A stretch of 59,525 nt of DNA from an uncultured Mycobacteriaceae bacterium (lineage in GTDB: Bacteria; Actinomycetota; Actinomycetes; Mycobacteriales; Mycobacteriaceae): positions 1-59,525 of the forward strand of contig CAIYOH010000205.1 of the NCBI GenBank assembly GCA_903927745.1. The letters are read 5' to 3'. The translations under genes and the position numbers were made by a program. Below the pieces are notes generated by a model. It had not been told where the DNA came from and did no database searches. It worked only from the letters and a program-made list of their open reading frames with translations. This document shows, piece after piece, positions 10,346-20,567 of the stretch; positions within the stretch are counted from its first letter, which is position 1; each line of letters begins with the position of its first letter.

Positions 10346-11242
10346 TCAGCCGGCTGAGCCGATGAACCCGAGGATCATGTCGGCGACCTTGTCCGGCTGC
10401 TCGAGCTGCAGGAAATGCCCGGCGTCGTCGACGATCGCGGAGTCGCTGCCCGGGGGAAGCACGTGGCCGACCCAGCGAGTGAAAGCCGATGCCATGCAAC
10501 CGTCGTCGCGGCCGTGCAGGTACAAGCACGCCACGACGGGCTTCTCGAGCCACAGCCGGTTCGCGTCGGCGTAGCGTGTCGGCGGGCGAGCATTGCGTAT
10601 CAGCGCCCGGTAAGTCCCCAGCGCTGCCCGCCAGCTGTCCGGAGCTCCGATCGCCGCGTCGACGTGGCGCAAGTCCTCGTCGGCGCGATAGCCCGGTGAC
10701 CAGCGCCGCCAGAGCAGCGGCACCACCCACGACGCGGAACGTTCAGGAAGCCATGGTGATTGGAAGTAGAAGATGTACCAGCTGCGCAACAACTGGCGAG
10801 GCAGTTGGCTCACCAGCCGGGCGGTGCCTTCGGACTCCCGCAGCGCCGCAGACGGCGGAACCGACATGATGACCGCCTTGGCAAAAGGGCTGTCGGGCAT
10901 CGCCGCCAACCCGGTGGCGGTGATCGCGCCCCAATCGTGGCCAATCACGATATCGCGATCGGTGCCGCCCGCGGCCTCGCGCACGCGCAGGGCATCGTCT
11001 ATCAAGGCACCGATGTGATAGCTGCCGTCGGCCGGAATCGACGAGGGCGCGTATCCGCGCATGAACGGCGCGACGACCCGCCACCCCGATTCGACCAGTC
11101 GGGGCGCGAGCTTACGAAATCCGTAGGGGGTGTCGGGGAAGCCGTGCAGGCACAGCGCGATGGGGGCGTCATCCGCACCCCACGTGAGTGCCTTCAGGTT
11201 GCCGGCGGGGCCGGGAACGTCGATCCAGCCCGGCTCACCCAT
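10346..11242 (-). CDS. ephC: alpha/beta hydrolase, epoxide hydrolase EphC-like
   Basis: LHGFPD, GHDWGA and GHFLQLE motifs; synteny. Confidence 0.8.
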   Translation of the reverse strand: MGEPGWIDVPGPAGNLKALTWGADDAPIALCLHGFPDTPYGFRKLAPRLVESGWRVVAPFMRGYAPSSIPADGSYHIGALIDDALRVREAAGGTDRDIVIGHDWGAITATGLAAMPDSPFAKAVIMSVPPSAALRESEGTARLVSQLPRQLLRSWYIFYFQSPWLPERSASWVVPLLWRRWSPGYRADEDLRHVDAAIGAPDSWRAALGTYRALIRNARPPTRYADANRLWLEKPVVACLYLHGRDDGCMASAFTRWVGHVLPPGSDSAIVDDAGHFLQLEQPDKVADMILGFIGSAG

Positions 11243-11380
11243 GACCGATCATGTTCCTCCCTACTCGGGGCTCCTGCAGGCACCAACCTACCGGTGCGGC
11301 CGTGCAACCGCCGGACCACCGCACGGAGTGAAACCACAACCTGGGTAACGTGCGGAGGGCACCCTAGCGAGAGGACGCCC

Positions 11381-12244
11381 GTGAGCGCGGTCAGCAGTAG
11401 TCCCCGGACGGTCACGTTCTCCGGCCACGACGGGATCGCCCTGGTAGCCGACGAATGGAACCGTGGCGCCGACACCGCTGGCCATCCCACGATCCTGATG
11501 TTGCACGGCGGTGGCCAGAACCGGTTCTCCTGGAAAAAGACGGGCCGGATCCTGGCGGACGAGGGCCTTCATGTCGTGGCCCTGGACAGTCGCGGACACG
11601 GCGACAGCGATCGCGCCCCCAACGCCGACTACTCCGTCGACGTCCTGACTGCCGACGTCATGCGCGTCCTGGACGCTGTCGGCCGGCCGGTGATGATCAT
11701 CGGGGCGAGCATGGGCGGCTTGACGGGCATCCTCGTGGCCGACCAGGCGGGCCCGGACCGGGTGACACACCTGGTGCTCGTCGATGTGGTGCCACGTTTC
11801 GAGAAGGGTGGCAGCGCCCGCATCCGAGACTTCATGATGGGCAGTCTTGACGGTTTTGACACGCTTGAGCAGGCTGCCGACGCTATTGCCGCCTACCTGC
11901 CCTACCGGACCAAGCCCCGCAACCCCGAGGGCCTGAGGAAGAACCTGCGCCTGCGTGACGGCCGCTGGTATTGGCACTGGGATCCGGCGTTCATGACCAA
12001 GCCCGGCGACGACCCCGAGCTGCGCACGGAGAAATTCGAACATTCGGCCGCGAGCCTGACGATCCCGGTGATGTTGATCAGAGGGAAGCTATCCGACGTC
12101 GTCAGCCCCGAAGGCGTTCAGCATTTCCTGACGACGGTGCCGAACGCGGAGTTTGTGGAGTTGTCCAACGCCGGGCACACCGCGGCCGGCGACGACAATG
12201 ACGCTTTCAGCGACGTCGTCGTGGAGTTCGTCAAGCGCCACTAG
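11381..12244 (+). CDS. bpoB: alpha/beta hydrolase (BpoB-like non-haem peroxidase/esterase)
   Basis: GTG start after GAGGA; LHGGGQN, GASMGG, AGHTAAGD motifs; divergent from ephC. Confidence 0.8.
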   Translation: MSAVSSSPRTVTFSGHDGIALVADEWNRGADTAGHPTILMLHGGGQNRFSWKKTGRILADEGLHVVALDSRGHGDSDRAPNADYSVDVLTADVMRVLDAVGRPVMIIGASMGGLTGILVADQAGPDRVTHLVLVDVVPRFEKGGSARIRDFMMGSLDGFDTLEQAADAIAAYLPYRTKPRNPEGLRKNLRLRDGRWYWHWDPAFMTKPGDDPELRTEKFEHSAASLTIPVMLIRGKLSDVVSPEGVQHFLTTVPNAEFVELSNAGHTAAGDDNDAFSDVVVEFVKRH

Positions 12245-13263
12245 TGCGCGGGTTTCTCTGCGTGTCCGCCGAATTGCTTTCGCATGGCCGAGAGCACCTT
12301 GTTGGCGAAGTCATCGAGGTGGCGGGAGGCGAAGCGGGACTGCAACGCGGTCGTCAGTACCGGTGAGGGAACTCCCTCGTCGATCGCCGCGATAGCGGTC
12401 CACCGACCTTCGCCGGAGTCGGAGACCCGACCGGAGAACTCCTGCAGGTCCGCCGACTCCCGGAGGGCGATCGCGGTCAGGTCCAGCAGCCAGGAGCCGA
12501 CCACACTGCCTCGTCGCCATACCTCGGCGACCTCGGGGAGGTCGAAGTCGTACTGGTAGAACTCGGGATTCGACAGCGGTGCGGTTTCTGCGTCCCCCTG
12601 CTGCACGTGCTTGCCGACGTCGGCGTTGCGCAGGATGTTCAATCCCTCGGCGAGCGAGGCCATCATCCCGTACTCGATGCCGTTGTGCACCATCTTGACG
12701 AAGTGCCCCGCGCCGGACACCCCGCAGTACAGGTAGCCCTTCTCCGACTGCGCGATCGCACCGTCGCGGCCCGGCGTGCGCGGGGCTGCATCCACACCGG
12801 GCGCGACGGTGGCGAAGATCGGTTCGGCATGCGCGAACGCGTCGGCATCTCCGCCGATCATGAGGCAGTAGCCGCGTTCACGGCCCCAAACGCCACCACT
12901 GGTTCCGCAATCGAGTAGCCGAATACCTCTCTCTGACAACATTTTCGAGTGGCGGATGTCGTCGCGGTAGTAGGAGTTGCCGCCGTCGATCACGGTATCG
13001 CCCGACTCCAGCGTTGTGGCCAGATTTTCGATGACGCCCGTGGTGATTGTTCCGGCCGGCACCATCACCCAGACGACTCGCGGGGCCTTGAGTTGATCGG
13101 CAAGTTCCTGCAAGGACGACGCCCCTGTGACGCCACTTTCTTCGGCCAGCGCCGTGACAGCAGCGGGATCGTGGTCGTACACCACACACTCGTGTCCGTT
13201 CGCGACAAGCCGGCGGACGATGTTTCCGCCCATCCGGCCCAAGCCGATCATCCCTAGCTGCAT
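12241..13263 (-). CDS. gnd: 6-phosphogluconate dehydrogenase, decarboxylating (short form, Gnd2-like)
   Basis: MQLGMIGLGRMG, GHFVKMVHNGIEY, DSGEGRW and RKQFGGH motifs; RBS GAGGAG. Confidence 0.95.
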   Translation of the reverse strand: MQLGMIGLGRMGGNIVRRLVANGHECVVYDHDPAAVTALAEESGVTGASSLQELADQLKAPRVVWVMVPAGTITTGVIENLATTLESGDTVIDGGNSYYRDDIRHSKMLSERGIRLLDCGTSGGVWGRERGYCLMIGGDADAFAHAEPIFATVAPGVDAAPRTPGRDGAIAQSEKGYLYCGVSGAGHFVKMVHNGIEYGMMASLAEGLNILRNADVGKHVQQGDAETAPLSNPEFYQYDFDLPEVAEVWRRGSVVGSWLLDLTAIALRESADLQEFSGRVSDSGEGRWTAIAAIDEGVPSPVLTTALQSRFASRHLDDFANKVLSAMRKQFGGHAEKPAH

Positions 13264-13516
13264 CGTGTCCTGTCTCCTCACCGTGGTGCGCCACGCGGGC
13301 ATTCAACGAGGGTGCATTCCCCGAGGACACTACGCCGAGGTGTGCGCGTGCTCCACCGCTGGCGATTCGCTCACAGAGCACCGAAGACGACCAACTCTGC
13401 AGCGCCGGCGGTCAATAACCTCGAGCTGGAATTTCCGGATTTCCCGGACCCGAGTTGTTGCCGGGAGGCAACCCCGTGTTCACCAAGCCCGGTGCCGGAG
13501 CCTGGGGCCAGCGCGA

Positions 13517-14020
13517 CTAGGTGTTGGCCAATCCGGGATCGCCCGGCGGCGGGGCGGCGGGCGGCGGCGCAGGAGCCGCGACGTCGACGGCATCCGGCAC
13601 GCCGGCTGGTGGCGGCGCATCCGGCGGAGGAGCTGCGGACTCGCCCCCGGATGCCATCGGCAGATACATGTGGTGTGTGAATCCGGCCTGATATGCGCCG
13701 GCGCCACCGACGTGCACACCGCCGCGTTCACCGCTGGCTACCGGGGTGCCGTCCGGCAGGGTCACCGCGGTGTGGCCGCCGTTCCAACCGATCACCAGGG
13801 CGTCGGAGGCGGTCCCGTAGCGAAAGCCCCGCGCCAGCAGTGCGGACTCCTCGTTCCCCGTATTGAACCGGCTACCGAAGACCGGTCTGTCGGTCGCCGC
13901 GTTGGCTATCCACGACGCAAGGCCAGAGCAATCGGTCCCGGCGGGCGAATCCCCGCCCGGGATATAGGGCGTTCCGGACACTTGATTGATCAGCGAAAGA
14001 AGTGTTGCTAAAACAAACAT
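13517..14020 (-). CDS. NlpC/P60-like peptidoglycan endopeptidase (Rv1115-like)
   Basis: GTPYIPGG...DCSG (catalytic Cys)...GHTAV (His); Pro/Ala-rich tail. Start is uncertain (14020-14038). Confidence 0.75.
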   Translation of the reverse strand: MFVLATLLSLINQVSGTPYIPGGDSPAGTDCSGLASWIANAATDRPVFGSRFNTGNEESALLARGFRYGTASDALVIGWNGGHTAVTLPDGTPVASGERGGVHVGGAGAYQAGFTHHMYLPMASGGESAAPPPDAPPPAGVPDAVDVAAPAPPPAAPPPGDPGLANT

Positions 14021-14567
14021 GGGCCATGACGCTATCAACGGAGATCAGCGAGAACAACTCGCCTCGCCGTCCGCATTTTGTGGCTTATCTCATCAATTCA
14101 TCGGCAAATGATGTTCGTCGCATATGAGCAAATTGCCACTACCGCTATGTTTTTGGGACGAGCATTCTCCCGTCCCGTCAACGCGCATCGGATTTCTCGG
14201 CTAACCGCGTACCAGCCGGATCGGGTCGCGACCGCCGACTGATGGCCAAGCTGTAGTTCTCCTGCTGGCGACATCGGCCAGCGAGAACCTTCCCCACAGA
14301 TGGCTTTTCAGGTAGATCAGTCCTGCGGTGTCGTCACCGTCAGCCATCGCGCCTCACCGTCAGCCGCACGATCGGACTGCCGGTGGTAGCAATCGGCCCG
14401 CTCAGCCAGCCGTCAAGTAGGGGCCATGTGAATCTGCATTGCGACGGCGCCGGAGATACCGGACACGGGAATCACCACAACTCCGGCTCGGGTCACTCAC
14501 GTGGGCTGGTGTGATTATCGGACCGGGAGTCTGTCCCCGATGTCGGCCGGGGGTACTGATCGCTAGA

Positions 14568-14942
14568 TCAGTAGTTGTGGCAGGTGTTGACGGCTTTGCC
14601 TATCGGGCCGGTGGACGAGTTCAAGAGGTCGTTGCTGATACCCGTCCACTGCTGTTTGCCGAGGGTCTGCTCCAACGTGGTCACCAGCTGCTGTCGCTGG
14701 CCCGGCGGCGCGATCAGGACAACGTCAAGCCCGGTCCGTAGCTCCTGCTCCTGCTGCGGGTTCGAACTGATCTTTCCCCAGATCATGGGGTCGTTCTGCT
14801 GTATCGACGAGATCACCTGCTGGCCAGAGCATGTAGTGGTGTTCAAATCGTCAGCGTTGGCCGGTCCTGCTACCGCAATGGCCAGACAGGCGAGCCCGGC
14901 CGCCGTGCCCAGCTGCGAAAGCCCACGAACACCTTTATTCAT
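14568..14942 (-). CDS. secreted hemophore-related / TB8.4 (Rv1174c)-like protein
   Basis: Signal peptide ending ANA-D, TTC motif, APP..R motif and C-terminal CHNY, matching the two-Cys family pattern. Confidence 0.75.
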   Translation of the reverse strand: MNKGVRGLSQLGTAAGLACLAIAVAGPANADDLNTTTCSGQQVISSIQQNDPMIWGKISSNPQQEQELRTGLDVVLIAPPGQRQQLVTTLEQTLGKQQWTGISNDLLNSSTGPIGKAVNTCHNY

Positions 14943-15053
14943 TCTGATTCCAGTCATACCCGGTACCTTATCACCCCCCTGGGAATCACCCCTTGGGATC
15001 AAAGGTTCGTGGCCGTCGTGGGTTTACCGGGTGCCGGTGACTGCACCGGAGCG

Positions 15054-16127
15054 TCAGACGTTGAACCGGAACTCCACTACGTCGCCGTCGGCCATGACGT
15101 AGTCCTTGCCCTCGATCCGGACCTTGCCGGCCGCCCTGGCGGCCGGCATCGACCCGGCGGCCATCAGGTCGTCGTACGACACGACCTCGGCCTTGATGAA
15201 GCCCTTCTCGAAGTCGCTGTGGATCACCCCGGCGGCCTTCGGTGCCGTGTCGCCATGATGAATGACCCAGGCGCGGGCCTCCTTCGGCCCGGCGGTCAGG
15301 TACGTCTGCAGCTTGAGGGTGTGAAATCCCGCCCGGGCCAACGCGTCCAGCCCCCGCTCGGCCTGTCCGATCGACTCTAGGAGCTCAACGGCCGACTCGT
15401 CATCGAGCTCGCCGAGCTCCGCTTCAATGGCCGCATCAAGGAACACGGCGTCGGCAGGCGCGACCAGCTGCCGCAGCTCAGCCACCCGCGCGGCATCGGT
15501 CAGCACCGCCTCATCGGCGTTGAACACATAGAGGAACGGCTTGGTGGTCAGCAGGTTCAGTTCCCGCAACGGCGAGACGTCGATGCCCGCCGCGAACAGC
15601 GTCGTGGCCTCGTCGAGCAGCTGCTGCGCGCTCAACGCGGCGTCGTAGACGGGTCTGCGCTCCTTGGTGGTACGCGCTTCCTTTTCCAGCCGTGGCAGGG
15701 CGCGCTCGAGGGTCTGTAGGTCGGCCAAGATCAGTTCGGTCTCCACGACCGCGATGTCGGATCCGGGGTCCACCCGCCCGGCGACGTGGGTGACGTCGTC
15801 GTCGGAGAACACCCGCACCACCTGGCAGATGGCGTCGCACTCGCGAATGTGGGCCAGGAACTTGTTGCCGAGCCCGGCCCCCGTCGACGCGCCCTCGACC
15901 AAACCGGCGATGTCGACGAAGGTCACCGGCGCCGGGACGATGCGCTCGGAGTGAAACAATTCGGCCAGTTTGTCCAGCCTCGGATCGGGGAGCGAAACGA
16001 CACCCTCGTTCGGTTCGATGGTCGCGAACGGGTAATTGGCCGCCACGACATTGTTGTGGGTCAGCGCATTGAAAAGGGTCGACTTACCGACGTTGGGCAG
16101 GCCAACGATTCCCAGGCTCAGGCTCAC
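15054..16127 (-). CDS. ychF: redox-regulated ATPase YchF
   Basis: GLPNVGKST, NYPFATIEPN, DIAGLV and EGKDYVMADGD motifs. Confidence 0.97.
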   Translation of the reverse strand: MSLSLGIVGLPNVGKSTLFNALTHNNVVAANYPFATIEPNEGVVSLPDPRLDKLAELFHSERIVPAPVTFVDIAGLVEGASTGAGLGNKFLAHIRECDAICQVVRVFSDDDVTHVAGRVDPGSDIAVVETELILADLQTLERALPRLEKEARTTKERRPVYDAALSAQQLLDEATTLFAAGIDVSPLRELNLLTTKPFLYVFNADEAVLTDAARVAELRQLVAPADAVFLDAAIEAELGELDDESAVELLESIGQAERGLDALARAGFHTLKLQTYLTAGPKEARAWVIHHGDTAPKAAGVIHSDFEKGFIKAEVVSYDDLMAAGSMPAARAAGKVRIEGKDYVMADGDVVEFRFNV

Positions 16128-16225
16128 GGGGAGACAAGTCTAGGGTGCGGCGGCCCCCCGGCACGCCGAGCGTCACCGCCAGGGTGAATACGGATCTTCG
16201 GGCCGATAGCCGGTACGGTCGAGTT

Positions 16226-17332
16226 GTGTCAGCACAGCGGGCCAGACCGGGAGACGCAGCGTACGCGGCGGCGCTGGTCGACGCACCACGCGGCTCGATC
16301 CACCCCAACGTGCCGGGCGTGCCGTGGTGGGCCGCCATCCTTATCGCCGTCGGCGCGACGGCCATCGGGTTCGCCATCGACGCCGGAGCCGGACACAGCG
16401 ATCTGACGTTCATCTTCGCGGCTTGTTACGTGGTCGGCTGCGTGGCTGCGGCGCTCGCGGTGCGTCAGGAGGCCTTGTTCACCGCGATCATTCAGCCGCC
16501 CTTGATCCTCTTCTGGGCGGTGCCGGGGGCCTACTGGTTGTTCCATGGGCGCAAGGTGGGCCACCTCAAAGATCTCCTGATCAACTGCGGCTACCCGCTG
16601 ATCGAGCGCTTTCCACTGATGCTGGGAACCGCGGGCGGGGTCTTGGTGATCGGGCTGGTCCGCTGGTACCTCGGCACGTTCCACCGGACCAGTGCCACAG
16701 ACGCCGGCACGGCCACCGGTGGCGCCGTGGCATCGGCCGGGGTGCTGTCCCTCGTCGGCGGTGTCATCGCGAAACTGCAGTCGGCTGTGCGGCGTCAGCG
16801 CGACGCAGACGGCGCGGCCGCACCCGCTGGGCGCTCGGGTACGCGGCGGGGCCGCACGGCTCGGCAGCCGGCGAACGCCCGGCGCGCGGCCTCCCACACC
16901 AACAGGTCCGCCTCACGGCGTGATCCGCGGGACCCGCGGCTCGGCTCGCCACGGCGCCCGAGCCGCGGCGGCCACGCCGGTCCCCGCGACTTCGACGCGT
17001 CCGATCCGTCGCGGCGGGCGCCGCGTCCGGGGCCGCAGGGCGAACCAGACCGGCGCCAGCCCCGCCGGGACCCACGAACCCGCGTCAATCCCTACGAGCG
17101 GCAGGGTCCCTACGAGCGGCAGGGTCCCGGCAGTCGCTTCGACGCTTATCCCCCACCGGACAACCGATACCCCCCCCGCGGGGGTCCCGACGGCTACGAG
17201 CCTCCCCGCCGTCGGCCGCCCCCCAGGGGCGCCACCGGGACCGACCCATCGCTCCACCCCATTTCCCGGGTCCGCTACCGCGGGGAATCCCGGGGCCGTC
17301 CGCCGGGGGAATCCCGGGATCGCGACGCCTGA
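16226..17332 (+). CDS. membrane protein with Arg/Pro-rich tail (Rv1111c-like)
   Basis: Four TM segments, CGYPLIERFPLM, low-complexity C-terminus; lies between ychF and ispH. Confidence 0.8.
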   Translation: MSAQRARPGDAAYAAALVDAPRGSIHPNVPGVPWWAAILIAVGATAIGFAIDAGAGHSDLTFIFAACYVVGCVAAALAVRQEALFTAIIQPPLILFWAVPGAYWLFHGRKVGHLKDLLINCGYPLIERFPLMLGTAGGVLVIGLVRWYLGTFHRTSATDAGTATGGAVASAGVLSLVGGVIAKLQSAVRRQRDADGAAAPAGRSGTRRGRTARQPANARRAASHTNRSASRRDPRDPRLGSPRRPSRGGHAGPRDFDASDPSRRAPRPGPQGEPDRRQPRRDPRTRVNPYERQGPYERQGPGSRFDAYPPPDNRYPPRGGPDGYEPPRRRPPPRGATGTDPSLHPISRVRYRGESRGRPPGESRDRDA

Positions 17333-17352
17333 GCCGACAACTCGGTCGGCTC
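17331..17352. terminator. hairpin between convergent genes, possible bidirectional terminator
   Basis: GAGCCGAC-AACTCG-GTCGGCTC, 8-bp stem, no U tract. Confidence 0.45.
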
Positions 17353-17372
17353 GGTCAGGCTAGCCGGCCCGG

Positions 17373-18371
17373 TCAGCGCGGAGCGCGAATTTCGCGGGGC
17401 AGCGCGAAGACGAGCGTCTCCTGAGCGGTCGTGACCGATTGCACCAGCCCGAAGCCGCATTCGGCGAGCCTGTCGAGCACACCGCGCACCAGCACCTCGG
17501 GCACCGAGGCCCCAGAGGTCACACCCACCGTGGTGACGCCCTCCAACCACGCGGGGTCGACGTCGTCGGCCCAGTCGACCAGGTGAGCGGCCTGTGCGCC
17601 CGCCCCCAACGCCACCTCGACCAGCCGCACCGAGTTCGATGAGTTGCGGGAGCCGACGACGATCACCAATTCGCACTCGGGTGCCATCGCTTTGACGGCG
17701 CCCTGCCGGTTCTGGGTCGCGTAGCAAATGTCGTCGCTGGGCGGATCGGCCAGCGTCGGGAAACGTTGCCGGAGCCGCGCAACGATCTCCATGGTCTCGT
17801 CGACCGACAGCGTGGTCTGTGACAGCCAGACCACCTTGGTCTCGTCGTGGACGGTGACGTGGTCGACGGCATCGACGCCGTCGACCAGTTGAATGTGCTC
17901 GGGCGCTTCGCCGGTGGTCCCGACGACCTCCTCGTGCCCCTCGTGGCCGATCAGCAGGATCTGATACCCGGCGCGCGCGAATCGCTTCGCCTCGTTGTGC
18001 ACCTTGGTCACCAACGGACACGTGGCGTCGATGGTCTGCAGGTTGCGCGCGGCGGCCGCGGAGTGCACGGTCGGCGCGACACCGTGAGCGGATAACACCA
18101 GGATGGATCCTTCGGGCACCTGGTCGGTCTCCTCGACGAACACAGCGCCCGCCTGCTGCAGCGTGTCGACGACGTACCGGTTGTGAACGATTTCGTGGCG
18201 GACGTACACCGGCGCGCCGTGCTTGTCCAGCGCGCGCTCGACCGTCTCGACGGCCCTGTCCACGCCCGCGCAGTAGCCTCGCGGCTCCGCCAGAAGCACC
18301 CTCTTGCCGACCGGGTCGCCGGCCACCGAGGCGGACGCACCAGGAATCCCTACATCCACAGTCGGCGGCAT
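17373..18371 (-). CDS. ispH: 4-hydroxy-3-methylbut-2-enyl diphosphate reductase
   Basis: [25 protein letters not shown] and SSNS motifs. Confidence 0.97.
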   Translation of the reverse strand: MPPTVDVGIPGASASVAGDPVGKRVLLAEPRGYCAGVDRAVETVERALDKHGAPVYVRHEIVHNRYVVDTLQQAGAVFVEETDQVPEGSILVLSAHGVAPTVHSAAAARNLQTIDATCPLVTKVHNEAKRFARAGYQILLIGHEGHEEVVGTTGEAPEHIQLVDGVDAVDHVTVHDETKVVWLSQTTLSVDETMEIVARLRQRFPTLADPPSDDICYATQNRQGAVKAMAPECELVIVVGSRNSSNSVRLVEVALGAGAQAAHLVDWADDVDPAWLEGVTTVGVTSGASVPEVLVRGVLDRLAECGFGLVQSVTTAQETLVFALPREIRAPR

Positions 18372-18461
18372 GGTTACCAGGGTACTGACCGTCGACCCCA
18401 GCCCGCCATCTCACGGCGCGCGGCTTGGAGTTCGCGGCCGGTTTGAGGCAGGCTTGGGCGC

Positions 18462-19088
18462 ATGAGTTCTGCACCGTATGGAGTTCGGCTGCTGATCGGC
18501 GCGGCGACTATCGCCGTCGAAGAGACGGTCAGGCTACCCAAGACCATCCTGATGTACCCGGTGACCTTCGTCAGCCAGGCGGCACACGTGGTGATGCGGT
18601 TCCAGCAAAGCCTCGCCGAACTGGTGAACAAGGGCGACAACACCCTGGAATCGATATTTCCGCCCAAGGACGAAAAGCCGGGGTGGGCGACGTTCGACGA
18701 GGATTCGCCCGGCGCCGAGACGGGCCAGCCCACGACGGCGGGCGACGCCGACCGCCTCACCGAGGGCCGGTTCGCCCTGTACTCGTCGGGCGACGCCCCG
18801 GCCGCCAAAGCCCGGCGGGCCGCCAAGAAGCCGCCGACGAAGGCCCCGGGGCGGTCTGGGGGCCGGTCCGGGGCCGGGTCTGCAGCGCGTTCCGCAGCCC
18901 GCGTCCCCGAACCCATGGTGGCCGACCTCGACTACGCGACGCTCACGCTCGCCCAGTTGCGGGCGAGGCTGCCGTCGCTGACCGTCGACGATCTCGTGTC
19001 CCTGCTGGCCTACGAGCAGGCGACCAAGGCCCGCGCGCCGTTTCAGACGCTGCTCGCCAACAGGATCACCCGCGCGACCGCAAAGTGA
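18462..19088 (+). CDS. lipid droplet-associated protein (Rv1109c-like)
   Basis: [15 protein letters not shown] and [11 protein letters not shown] recalled for this family; stop overlaps the xseA start. Confidence 0.8.
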   Translation: MSSAPYGVRLLIGAATIAVEETVRLPKTILMYPVTFVSQAAHVVMRFQQSLAELVNKGDNTLESIFPPKDEKPGWATFDEDSPGAETGQPTTAGDADRLTEGRFALYSSGDAPAAKARRAAKKPPTKAPGRSGGRSGAGSAARSAARVPEPMVADLDYATLTLAQLRARLPSLTVDDLVSLLAYEQATKARAPFQTLLANRITRATAK

Positions 19089-20320
19089 CCCGCGCGGCGA
19101 ATGCGGAACCCAATTCCGCCGAGAACCCTTTCCCTGTTCGCGCGGTGGCGGTTCGGGTCGCGGGCTGGATCGACCGGCTCGGCACCGTATGGGTCGAGGG
19201 CCAACTGACCCAGATCTCGATACGGCCCGACGCGAAGATCGTGTTCATGGTGTTGCGGGACCCGGCCGCCGACATGTCGCTGACCGTCACCTGCTCGCGC
19301 GACCTGGTGCTCAACGCACCGGTGAAACTGTCCGAGGGCACCCAGGTCGTGGTCTGCGGCAAGCCGTCCTTCTACACAGGGCGCGGCACCTTTTCATTGC
19401 GTATCAGCGAGATTCGCGCCGTCGGCGTCGGCGAGTTGTTGGCCCGCATCGAACGGCTGCGCCGGCTGCTGGACGCCGAGGGTCTCTTCGATCCCCGGCT
19501 CAAGCGCCCAATACCTTTCCTGCCCAACATGATCGGGCTGATCACCGGACGCGCCAGCGCGGCCGAACACGACGTCAGGACGGTGGCGGGCGCGCGATGG
19601 CCGGCGGTGAGCTTCGCCGTCCGCAACACCGCCGTCCAGGGACCGAACGCGGTGGCGCAGATTGTGGCGGCGCTTCGCGAACTCGATCTCGACGCCGATG
19701 TCGACGTGATCGTCGTGGCCCGCGGGGGCGGCAGCGTCGAGGACCTCCTTCCATTCTCCGATGAGACTCTGTGCCGTGCGATCTCCGCGTGCCGGACACC
19801 GGTGATCAGCGCGGTCGGGCACGAACCGGACAACCCGCTGTGCGATCTGGTTGCCGACCTGCGTGCCGCGACTCCCACCGACGCGGCGAAGCGGGTGGTT
19901 CCCGACGCCGCCGCCGAGCAACGGCTGATCGGCGACGTGCGCCGCCGCAGCGCGCAGGCGCTACGCGGTTGGGTGGGCCGCGAGCAGCGGGCGCTGGCGC
20001 AGTTGCGGAGTCGTCCCGTGCTGGCAGAGCCCCACCGGGCCCTCGCCGAGCGCGACGACGAGATTCGCCAGGCGCGTTCGGCGGTGCGCCGCGACATCAC
20101 GCGCCGGGTCGCGACCGAGGGCGACCGGATCGGTCACCTGAGTGCCCGGCTGGCGACCCTGGGCCCGGCGGCCACCCTGGCGCGCGGGTACGCCATCGTG
20201 CAGACCGCGGCCGCGGTGCTGCGATCGGTCGGCGACGCACCGGCGGGCACGCGCCTGCGGGTGCGGGTGGCCGACGGTGCGCTGGCTGCCGTGAGCGAAG
20301 GACCGACCGATGGCGCTTAA
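19085..20320 (+). CDS. xseA: exodeoxyribonuclease VII large subunit
   Basis: [28 protein letters not shown] and LARGYA motifs. Confidence 0.95.
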   Translation: MTRAANAEPNSAENPFPVRAVAVRVAGWIDRLGTVWVEGQLTQISIRPDAKIVFMVLRDPAADMSLTVTCSRDLVLNAPVKLSEGTQVVVCGKPSFYTGRGTFSLRISEIRAVGVGELLARIERLRRLLDAEGLFDPRLKRPIPFLPNMIGLITGRASAAEHDVRTVAGARWPAVSFAVRNTAVQGPNAVAQIVAALRELDLDADVDVIVVARGGGSVEDLLPFSDETLCRAISACRTPVISAVGHEPDNPLCDLVADLRAATPTDAAKRVVPDAAAEQRLIGDVRRRSAQALRGWVGREQRALAQLRSRPVLAEPHRALAERDDEIRQARSAVRRDITRRVATEGDRIGHLSARLATLGPAATLARGYAIVQTAAAVLRSVGDAPAGTRLRVRVADGALAAVSEGPTDGA

Positions 20321-20540
20321 CAAGAAGAGCGCAGACAGCCCGGACAACAGCTACGAGGCCTGCCGGGACGAACTGATGGAGGTCGTCAGGCTGCTGGAAC
20401 AGGGCGGACTCGACCTCGATGCGTCGCTGACGCTGTGGGAGCGGGGCGAAGCGCTCGCGAAACGGTGCGAGGAATACCTCGCCGGTGCCCGCAAACGGAT
20501 CGAGGACGCGCTGTCGGTGGATGACCCCGATGAGGCCTGA
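20310..20540 (+). CDS. xseB: exodeoxyribonuclease VII small subunit
   Basis: [24 protein letters not shown]; follows xseA. Confidence 0.95.
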   Translation: MALNKKSADSPDNSYEACRDELMEVVRLLEQGGLDLDASLTLWERGEALAKRCEEYLAGARKRIEDALSVDDPDEA

Positions 20541-20567
20541 GCTCCAACGGATCTCGGCGGACCCGAC

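Noticed and set aside
14040-14567. c-di-AMP (ydaO) riboswitch upstream of the cell-wall hydrolase
   Set aside because: I could not find the conserved ydaO core segments on the minus strand; an Infernal scan would be decisive.
18425-20320. 631-aa XseA and similarly extended ORFs (10760 bpoB, 22968 glpX, 23571 hydrolase, 43784 cbs, 55737 patatin)
   Set aside because: The extensions overlap other genuine genes and are Arg/Pro/Gly-rich, as expected from stop-poor high-GC frames.
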